A stretch of 58,973 nucleotides of DNA from a virus (IMGVR_UViG_3300007735_000765:1-58973); one strand, 5' to 3'; counted from the stretch's first letter, positions 38,372 to 44,799 are shown. Notes: a model not told the origin generated them from the letters alone. Numbers and translations: made by a program.

Positions 38372-38470
38372 TGGTGCCGCCAGCAGGACTCGAACCTGCA
38401 CACTCAGGCTTATCTGGCCTGTGCTTTGGCGAGGTATAAGCTCGCTTCTTTACCATTAAGCTATGGCGGC
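38372..38470 (-). tRNA. tRNA-Ile(UAU), 99 nt, with a second anticodon-like hairpin in the variable arm
   Basis: GCGAG-CTTATAC-CTCGC; variable arm CAGGC-CAGATAA-GCCTG; normal T arm and CCA. Confidence 0.8.
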
Positions 38471-38476
38471 AAAAAT

Positions 38477-38590
38477 AACAGGATACCTTCGTTTGACGAA
38501 TGCTCTACCTAATGAGCTAATCTTCCATGCGGAAAATGTTGGAATCGAACCAACTACCTATCGTTTGATAGAATTTGCTGTATGTATCCT
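38477..38590 (-). ncRNA. CAGCA-stem RNA copy 4: YrlA-type circularly permuted tRNA mimic
   Basis: AGGATAC/GTATCCT stem enclosing T arm GTTGG-TTCGATT-CCAAC, closed acceptor ATTTTCC-GCAT-GGAAGAT, then D arm GCTC-ATTAGGTA-GAGC. Confidence 0.8.
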
Positions 38591-40187
38591 AAAACTTGAC
38601 TATCGGCACTATGCGCTTAATAGGCTGTGTTCTGTGCCGATAAAATTCTGTGTAATCGTATGTGAGCTTTTTAATTTTATACTCATTGATTCTTTGATCT
38701 GAGCGAGATTTCATCTCAGTCAGTGGTGGCACAGATTTACCTGAAATCCACGTTTTAATATCATTTAAACTATAACCCAAACTCACATAGTCAAACTGAG
38801 TCCATGCGCTGACTCGTTGGTCTGTAACGGATTGATTTAGTTCACAGCTTGTTTTAAGCGCCGTGAAATAATTTTCGCCGTTGTTTAAATCTTTCCAGTA
38901 GCCTACTTTGCTTCTAAAGTTTTCGTCGATAAAAGGTCTGTAAGTATACTGATGCTGGCGATTCTTATACAAATATTCTAACCGCCAAAGTTTACGCACT
39001 TCTGCATTAACTTCTGAGTCAGACATTATACTCAATCCATATCTATCAAACTCTTTGCTGAATTCGCTGGTATGAATTGTTTTTTCTTGTTTGGTAATGT
39101 ACAAAGGTTGCCAATACCAATATTCAACACCACTGGTCTGTAACCATTGGTTTTCACTGTGATAATCACTGTCATCTCCAGGTAATCCAACAATCATTGA
39201 ACAGTTTGTAGTAACATTGGGCATCTGTTCTTTCCACCACAGAATAGCATCTTTAGCACGTTGTCCAGTAAATCCTTTGCCTACTAAACGACCAGCTTCT
39301 TTGCTAAAAGTTTCTATTCCAAAGTGAATACCTTGCAGTCCCATGTTTCGTAATAATTCTGCACTGTGCGGCCGGGCCGCAATTAAATCAAGTCTGCCAT
39401 AGGCAGTAAAATTAATTTTAAATGGTAAGCTAGTAATAGCTCGCTCCAGTGTCTCTAATTTTTCAATGCTGTCATTGAATGTATCTTCATTGATAAGGTA
39501 ATTTGTTATGCCCCACTGATCGTAGTTTGTTTTTAATTCTGTGACAATAGTGTTGGGGTCACGTATGTAATCCAATTTACTTTTACCAATCAATGGGTAT
39601 GTGCAAAATTTACACTTAAAAATACAACCCCTGGCAGTTTCCATACCAAGAGTTTGCTCTGGGCGAAGAAAATCTGTGCTAAGATATTCTATGGTCAAGT
39701 CATTGGTATCCACAGGACCGTAATCGGTCAATGCGTCTATTAGATTGTCTGCCAATGGACTCCAGTGAATATCATTGCGATCAATTTTACCACGAAGATA
39801 ATCCAGTAAATGCAGTATAGCATTTTCTGCGTAACCTTCTACATAGTAGTCCACGCAAGGAATACTACGTGTTAATGTTTGATTGCCGCCTAATACTATA
39901 GGAAGATTGGGATAGCGTTGCTTAATTAGTCGTATGGTGTCGTCAAACCGCGACCTATCTAAAAATAGATTGCTACCTATACCTAAAAACAATGTTGAAT
40001 TAGATATTAACTTTGACAATAACTCAAGAAGCTCTGATTCAGACCAACTCAGGCAATAGTCAATGACTTCTATGTTATATCCGTGTTGTCTAAGGTGTGT
40101 GGCAATTTTGTGTGCGCCTGCACCTCTGTGACAAGTTATATCTAAATTGTTAAAGGTGTTGTCTGTGAGTATTACACCATGTATCAT
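38589..40187 (-). CDS. B12-binding radical SAM enzyme
   Basis: IVLGG, EGYAE, ARGCIFKCKFC, EDTF, GIET and IVGLP. Confidence 0.85.
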   Translation of the reverse strand: MIHGVILTDNTFNNLDITCHRGAGAHKIATHLRQHGYNIEVIDYCLSWSESELLELLSKLISNSTLFLGIGSNLFLDRSRFDDTIRLIKQRYPNLPIVLGGNQTLTRSIPCVDYYVEGYAENAILHLLDYLRGKIDRNDIHWSPLADNLIDALTDYGPVDTNDLTIEYLSTDFLRPEQTLGMETARGCIFKCKFCTYPLIGKSKLDYIRDPNTIVTELKTNYDQWGITNYLINEDTFNDSIEKLETLERAITSLPFKINFTAYGRLDLIAARPHSAELLRNMGLQGIHFGIETFSKEAGRLVGKGFTGQRAKDAILWWKEQMPNVTTNCSMIVGLPGDDSDYHSENQWLQTSGVEYWYWQPLYITKQEKTIHTSEFSKEFDRYGLSIMSDSEVNAEVRKLWRLEYLYKNRQHQYTYRPFIDENFRSKVGYWKDLNNGENYFTALKTSCELNQSVTDQRVSAWTQFDYVSLGYSLNDIKTWISGKSVPPLTEMKSRSDQRINEYKIKKLTYDYTEFYRHRTQPIKRIVPIVKF

Positions 40188-40816
40188 TTAGTAAAATAAG
40201 GCTCGAAAATTTCCAGTGCTCGTTCCCACGTGGGCACTTGCTCTACGGGAAATCTTACACTTATGCCTATTCTGTGTTTGTAGTCTGTAGTATATTCTAC
40301 GCTGTGCGGCCGATCGGCTCGCACCAAATACGGAGTCATAAACTCCATTTTTAATTGTTCAACTAACGTACAGCCTTCAGCGGAATTGTTTTCCCTGTGG
40401 CCATAGTGTATGCCTTGTTGACCAAACTCAAACCCATCCGTCTGACACCACTCGGTGTTTGTAGTAGACTCTGGATAGCATTCTGCTAGTGTACCAGTGT
40501 CCCACCAACTAAAATAAGTTTCGCTGGGTATCAGTTCCCAGTTTATACCAAAAGGCAGTTTAATCCAACGATTGTCTTGCCATAGTATATCACTGTGAAT
40601 CCATATGCCGGACTGTTGTTTATATTGTTCACCGAACAATGTACAAAAGCTAGGAGTTAACCCTAGCTGTTTAAAAAAATCTAACAATCGTGTATTCAAT
40701 ACAGTTTCATAGTCACGTACCATTTGCACATAACTTTGTTTTTCGCCAATGCGAATGTTTACTGCATTGCCCACAACAGGCTTTGGTAGTCCTGTTAATT
40801 GCCTATAATAGATCAT
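40184..40816 (-). CDS. Hypothetical protein, possible cupin/2OG fold
   Basis: IHSD...PHSV; probable start MIYY, 5 nt after TAAATA. Confidence 0.55.
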   Translation of the reverse strand: MIYYRQLTGLPKPVVGNAVNIRIGEKQSYVQMVRDYETVLNTRLLDFFKQLGLTPSFCTLFGEQYKQQSGIWIHSDILWQDNRWIKLPFGINWELIPSETYFSWWDTGTLAECYPESTTNTEWCQTDGFEFGQQGIHYGHRENNSAEGCTLVEQLKMEFMTPYLVRADRPHSVEYTTDYKHRIGISVRFPVEQVPTWERALEIFEPYFTK

Positions 40817-40837
40817 AAAGATATTTATAGGGCTGTT

Positions 40838-40912
40838 TGGCGTACCCTGCGGGATTCGAACCCCCACCAGCGGTTTTGGAGACCGTCATGCTGCCGTTGA
40901 CACCAAGGATAC
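40838..40912 (-). tRNA. tRNA-Trp(CCA)
   Basis: Loop CT-CCA-AA. Confidence 0.9.
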
Positions 40913-40919
40913 ATTGAAT

Positions 40920-41004
40920 AACAGGATGGGCGGTCATGGGCGGGACTCGAACCCGTCTAGCCACCTTGAAAGGGTAGTGACCTAACCCAGAAGTCCAACG
41001 CGAT
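40920..41004 (-). pseudogene. Chimeric pseudo-tRNA-Glu(UUC) fused to an orphan Y-like 3' end
   Basis: D, anticodon (CT-TTC-AA) and T arms present; acceptor strands ATCGCGT and CCATGAC do not pair; ends CATCCTGTT. Confidence 0.6.
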
Positions 41005-41010
41005 GTTTAT

Positions 41011-41102
41011 TGGTGGAAGTGGTGAGATTCGAACTCACGGACCCATTTCTGAGCCGTCGGTTTTCAAGACCGGTGCGATAAGCCAGGCTCTGCCACACTT
41101 CC
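41011..41102 (-). tRNA. tRNA-Ser(UGA)
   Basis: Loop CT-TGA-AA; long variable arm. Confidence 0.9.
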
Positions 41103-41161
41103 GAAAAAGAGAACCACAGCGTAGAATATTGCTATTCCAGTGGCTGTGGCCGTGTTTATAT

Positions 41162-41237
41162 TGGAGCGGGTGATCGGGTTCGAACCGACGACATTCACGT
41201 TGGCAACGTGATGCTCTACCAACTGAGCTACACCCGC
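41162..41237 (-). tRNA. tRNA-Gly(GCC)
   Basis: Loop TT-GCC-AA. Confidence 0.9.
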
Positions 41238-41244
41238 ATTAAAA

Positions 41245-41319
41245 TGGTGCTGGTTGTCGGATTCGAACTGACGACCTACTGCTTACAAGGCAGTTGCACT
41301 ACCACTGTGCTAAACCAGC
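41245..41319 (-). tRNA. tRNA-Thr(UGU)
   Basis: Loop CT-TGT-AA. Confidence 0.9.
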
Positions 41320-41347
41320 ATAAAATTACTTATCTATAAATATTTGT

Positions 41348-41548
41348 ATGATCAACAATATGAACGAAAGAGACCAAGAAGCCTTACAACTTCTATACAA
41401 TTTGGGCGGAGGCCGCGCTTATCGTAGTCTTCCTAGTTACACTTGCATCAAAGAATTCATACCATTGTTTGTGAGAGACAGTCAGCCCAAATTTATTGCT
41501 GACGGACTACCTCCGCAAATTGGCACCGGTGCTAGGGATCGAACCTAG
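41348..41548 (+). CDS. Small hypothetical protein
   Basis: TATAAATA 5 nt before ATG; 3' end runs antisense into tRNA-Gln. Confidence 0.45.
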   Translation: MINNMNERDQEALQLLYNLGGGRAYRSLPSYTCIKEFIPLFVRDSQPKFIADGLPPQIGTGARDRT

Positions 41549-41595
41549 AACGACAGAGTCAAAGTCTGTTGTGTTGCCAGTTACACCACACCGGA
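41521..41595 (-). tRNA. tRNA-Gln(UUG)
   Basis: Loop CT-TTG-AC. Confidence 0.9.
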
Positions 41596-41603
41596 TCAAA
41601 AAT

Positions 41604-41667
41604 AACAGGATCGTTTTTTACGGTTTAGATTAAAAGTCTAATGTATTTGATTTGCTGAACCGATCCT
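41604..41667 (-). ncRNA. CAGCA-stem RNA copy 5, carrying a Lys(UUU) anticodon hairpin
   Basis: AGGATCG-GTTCAGCAA...CGATCCT-GTT; inner TTAGA-CTTTTAA-TCTAA. Confidence 0.7.
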
Positions 41668-41674
41668 AAAAATT

Positions 41675-41758
41675 GCCATATAAAAACACACTAGAACGAC
41701 CATAGCATACAAAAAGACCTGGTAGTCAAAATGCTATGCTAGTGTGTTTTTATATGGC
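41675..41758 (-). ncRNA. Long-stem spacer RNA (copy B)
   Basis: Perfect 20-bp inverted repeat GCCATATAAAAACACACTAG plus inner CATAGCAT/ATGCTATG. Confidence 0.55.
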
Positions 41759-41833
41759 TCCGCGTGTGAGGATCGAACTCACCTAACCACTGATTAACAG
41801 TCAGGTCCCTGCACCTTGCTTGGATTTCGCGGA
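41755..41833 (-). tRNA. tRNA-Asn(GUU), atypical D arm
   Basis: Loop CT-GTT-AA. Confidence 0.75.
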
Positions 41834-41929
41834 ATAGAATTTGTCCCGTACTACGACTTTTACGCACCTGGGTCTGTGTATGCCCCGGACAGGAGTAGGG
41901 CAAAGGTGTCGTCTTCTTGCGCTAGAATT

Positions 41930-42020
41930 TGGTGGAAGACGTGGGAATCGAACCCACTGACCTGCTCATCACAAGTCTACACCTTAGCAGGGTGCTGCAT
42001 TACCGGCCTGCCCGCCTTCC
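41930..42020 (-). tRNA. tRNA-Ser(GCU)
   Basis: Loop CT-GCT-AA; long variable arm. Confidence 0.85.
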
Positions 42021-42022
42021 AA

Positions 42023-42241
42023 TTATGATCGAATAATTTCTGTGGGATTCCAAGGGGAGATCAATGCTACATATTCATCTGCGCCTGCGGCGTCATTGAA
42101 GGTATAGACAGGACTTCCATCCTCTTCAAATTCCATTTTTCTTAATTTTCCTTGATTTTGGGCCCGGGCGCAAAAATCAACAAGTGCTTGACTTTGCTCG
42201 GCAGTGTGATCTTCTGCCCAAATTACTTTAACTGTTACCAT
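42023..42241 (-). CDS. Small hypothetical protein
   Basis: 72 aa; AAGGA RBS. Confidence 0.55.
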   Translation of the reverse strand: MVTVKVIWAEDHTAEQSQALVDFCARAQNQGKLRKMEFEEDGSPVYTFNDAAGADEYVALISPWNPTEIIRS

Positions 42242-42274
42242 ATAAATTTCCTTAAAGGTTATATAGTATATTTA

Positions 42275-42348
42275 TGGTACCCCCGGGAGGTAACGCTCCT
42301 CCGACTGCCGGTTATCAGCCGACTGTTATACTTTTTAACTAAAGGGGC
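42275..42348 (-). tRNA. tRNA-Ile(GAU), non-canonical D/T loops
   Basis: Loop CT-GAT-AA; T-loop AGCGTTA; D-loop lacks GG. Confidence 0.75.
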
Positions 42349-42422
42349 AATAAAGGAAGCCACGGTTGCAGGACCTAGTGGCTGTTGCCAGCGAAGTATC
42401 CAAGCGATGTGGCTTCAAAATT

Positions 42423-42501
42423 TGGCGACCCGTACCGGATTCGAACCGGTGTCCTCCGCCGTGACAGGGCGGCGCAATAGGCCAGACTATGCTAACGAGC
42501 C
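42423..42501 (-). tRNA. tRNA-Asp(GUC)
   Basis: Loop CT-GTC-AC. Confidence 0.9.
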
Positions 42502-42505
42502 AAAT

Positions 42506-42592
42506 TGGTGGGTGTTGATGGTAACGCTCCACGTGCCTTGACTTCACTACCTTCAGGAACGGATTTACAGTCCGCCGTAGTGGGCAACACCC
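42506..42592 (-). tRNA. tRNA-Tyr(GUA)-like, lacking a D arm
   Basis: Acceptor GGGTGTT/AACACCC-ACCA; GCGGA-CTGTAAA-TCCGT; T-loop AGCGTTA. Confidence 0.65.
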
Positions 42593-42598
42593 TTAAAT

Positions 42599-42673
42599 TG
42601 GAGGCCAGGGTAGGAGTTAAACCTACCTATACCGGGTTTGCAATCCAGCGCATAATCGCTCTGCCACCTGGCC
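42599..42673 (-). tRNA. tRNA-Cys(GCA)
   Basis: Loop TT-GCA-AA; U73; T-loop TTTAACT. Confidence 0.8.
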
Positions 42674-42680
42674 AAATATT

Positions 42681-42756
42681 TGGTACTCCGTGGGGGAATC
42701 GAACCCCTCCTTACCGACGTGAAAGGCCGGTGTCCTAACCGATAGACGAACGGAGC
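42681..42756 (-). tRNA. tRNA-Glu(UUC)
   Basis: Loop CT-TTC-AC. Confidence 0.9.
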
Positions 42757-42818
42757 AGAATAGTGTGATACACAAACGAGGTAGACTAGTACCCCTTGTT
42801 CAAGTCTGTGTATCAATT

Positions 42819-42902
42819 TGGTGCGAGTGGCCGGAGTCGAACCGGCACGCCCTAAGACGGGAGATTTTAAGTCTCCTGTGGCTACCATTACACCACACTC
42901 GC
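42819..42902 (-). tRNA. tRNA-Leu(UAA)
   Basis: Loop CT-TAA-AA. Confidence 0.9.
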
Positions 42903-42907
42903 ATATT

Positions 42908-43140
42908 CTCTATATGTAAACACTTTACGGGAACTCCAACACGATATAGCAAGTCTGCTATCCCCCAGTACCGTCTACTGGTTCGGTGTTTTCATCATTA
43001 CTGCCTAACTGCCCGTCACGCTCAGTCACTTACGTACTCATGCGCTTCTTGTACTACTAGTAGAGCCAACCCGTCGGTTGGTGATCCTCTCTAGTAGATA
43101 CCTAACGGATCAGGTAACCCTAATGTGTTTACATATAGAG
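42908..43140 (-). ncRNA. Long-stem spacer RNA (copy C, about 230 nt)
   Basis: Perfect 16-bp inverted repeat CTCTATATGTAAACAC; GC-richer interior with several hairpins. Confidence 0.55.
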
Positions 43141-43175
43141 CCTGTAACTTGTACAGGTCTACATGACAAATTAAA

Positions 43176-43252
43176 TTTTTAAAGAACTTGTTCATCAGTT
43201 AGTTTCCTAACTGTCTAAGTTGTATTGTAGCAGAAGTCCAATTTATTGTCTA
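43176..43252 (-). promoter_or_regulatory. Sigma70 promoter followed by a boxB-like hairpin and boxA-like sequence
   Basis: TAGACA-17-TACAAT; CAGTTAG-GAAA-CTAACTG; GTTCTTTAAAAA. Confidence 0.6.
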
Positions 43253-43318
43253 TACCCCGCCAATTTGAACGGATATCTAATACTTAGGTTTGCAAAACGG
43301 GCACCAATAAATATCTGC

Positions 43319-44290
43319 ATGCAATTAGAACTACTTGACTATCAATACCTTCCAAACTGGAATTTAGGCGAATTAACTACGGCGTTCAAACAACGCCACG
43401 ACATCAATCCTAAATGGCCTTTGGTCTGCACCACACTTAGCAGTTTCAGCAGTGAAGCTATTCACTCAGTTTGGGCAGACTTTACACATGGTAAACGTCG
43501 TGGTCGGCCACGTGAAATACGTAGCAGTACCATTGATAGTGCATTCACTTATATTGCCGAACAACTAGGTCTCACAGGCTTTGTGCAAAACGTGCAAGGT
43601 GCCTGTGCTGGCAGTTTATATGCATTTTACAATGCCGCATTGATCAGTCAAGCCACCCAACAACCAGTGGTTGTATGGTGCGATGACAATTACATTCATC
43701 CGTACGGTGCATGGCACTTCAACAGCTTCGGCGCACTGGACCAGGATACAGGCTTGCCTTTTGATAGTACATCTAAAGGATTCAAATTGGGCGATGGTGC
43801 CGCGCTGTACTTGGTCAAGCATCCTAGTGTAAAGTACACCTCAGATGTTCGCGCATTCATTCAAAACTTTCATTTCTACACCAATCCCGAATTAGTAACT
43901 AATCCTGGCTCAGCAGAAGATATCATTCGAAACCTTAGTTCTATTGATTTTAAAAGTGTTGAACTATGGAATGCACATGCCACAGGAACCCCTGTGGGCG
44001 ATCCTGTAGAATACGAATTCTTTAGCAAAACTATTAAACAAGACTGTCCAATCATTGGCTACAAGGGCTATGTTGGACATACACTCAGTGCCTGCGGTGC
44101 TGTAGAAATAGCATTGGCTCTACAAGACAAAGCACGTAACGAACTTCGTCCTAATGTATTAGCAGGCCCCGCTATCGCCAACGACGACAGGATTATCACC
44201 GAGCCCACTGCATTTCCATACACTCGTATGTTAAAAGCCAGCATGGGCTTTGGCGGTAAAATTGCTGTAGTTGAAATAGACTTGTATTAA
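43319..44290 (+). CDS. Beta-ketoacyl synthase (FabB/FabF-like), divergent
   Basis: GACAGS, NAHATGTP.GD and KGYVGHTL (Cys-His-His triad) plus GFGG; start 5 nt after TAAATA. Confidence 0.8.
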   Translation: MQLELLDYQYLPNWNLGELTTAFKQRHDINPKWPLVCTTLSSFSSEAIHSVWADFTHGKRRGRPREIRSSTIDSAFTYIAEQLGLTGFVQNVQGACAGSLYAFYNAALISQATQQPVVVWCDDNYIHPYGAWHFNSFGALDQDTGLPFDSTSKGFKLGDGAALYLVKHPSVKYTSDVRAFIQNFHFYTNPELVTNPGSAEDIIRNLSSIDFKSVELWNAHATGTPVGDPVEYEFFSKTIKQDCPIIGYKGYVGHTLSACGAVEIALALQDKARNELRPNVLAGPAIANDDRIITEPTAFPYTRMLKASMGFGGKIAVVEIDLY

Positions 44291-44291
44291 C

Positions 44292-44369
44292 TGGAGCACC
44301 GAGTAGGATTCGAACCTACGGTTTTACGGATTTGCAATCCGTTGCATTGGGCCACTCTGCCACCGGTGC
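44292..44369 (-). tRNA. tRNA-Cys(GCA), second copy
   Basis: Loop TT-GCA-AA; U73. Confidence 0.9.
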
Positions 44370-44373
44370 ATAT

Positions 44374-44427
44374 AACAGGATACGCTTTTTCTTTATACCA
44401 AAAAGATTTAAGTGCTGAAAGTATCCT
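44374..44427 (-). ncRNA. CAGCA-stem RNA copy 6, carrying a Thr(GGU) anticodon hairpin
   Basis: AGGATAC-TTTCAGCAC...GTATCCT-GTT; inner TCTTT-TTGGTAT-AAAGA. Confidence 0.7.
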
Positions 44428-44433
44428 AAAACT

Positions 44434-44509
44434 TGGTGGAACCAGTCGGACTCGAACCGACCGCCTCCTGCTTGCAAAACAGGCGCTCTCCCAGATGAGC
44501 TATGGCCCC
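44434..44509 (-). tRNA. tRNA-Ala(UGC)
   Basis: Loop TT-TGC-AA; G3.U70. Confidence 0.9.
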
Positions 44510-44517
44510 ATTAAAAT

Positions 44518-44596
44518 TGGTCCGGGAAGTGGGATTCGAACTCACGATCTCCTGCTCCCAAAGCAGGCGCTTTAAGCCAGACTAAGCTACACCCGG
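44518..44596 (-). tRNA. tRNA-Pro(UGG)
   Basis: Loop TT-TGG-GA. Confidence 0.9.
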
Positions 44597-44601
44597 AAAA
44601 C

Positions 44602-44677
44602 TGGTACCTGGGACTGGACTCGAACCAGTATCGCTCTCCGTGTAAAGGAGACGTATCACCTCTCTACGCACCCAGGC
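44602..44677 (-). tRNA. tRNA-Val(UAC)
   Basis: Loop TT-TAC-AC. Confidence 0.85.
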
Positions 44678-44682
44678 AAATT

Positions 44683-44758
44683 TGGTTGCAGAGGAGGGAA
44701 TCGAACCCCCGACCTCCAGGTTATGAGCCTGGCCAGATACCGCTTCTAACACTCTGCG
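44683..44758 (-). tRNA. Initiator tRNA-fMet(CAU)
   Basis: Loop CT-CAT-AA; C1:A72 mismatch. Confidence 0.85.
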
Positions 44759-44770
44759 TCAATATTTAGT

Positions 44771-44799
44771 ATTGTAGCACAGGTCTACAATAATGTCAA
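44771..44799 (-). promoter_or_regulatory. Sigma70 promoter
   Basis: TTGACA-17-TACAAT. Confidence 0.7.

Noticed and set aside
38401-38428. Intron in tRNA-Ile(UAU)
   Set aside because: The insert is in the variable region rather than the anticodon loop, is far too short for group I/II, and shows no clear bulge-helix-bulge.
42152-43094. Track ORFs overlapping tRNAs (e.g. 42152-42541, 42565-42888, 42765-43094, also 33135-33584)
   Set aside because: They are chance reading frames through tRNA sequence, without RBS or recognisable motifs.
42908-43140. tmRNA or RNase P RNA
   Set aside because: No tRNA-like acceptor/T-arm ends or tag frame, and no RNase P P4 consensus seen; kept as an unknown ncRNA.
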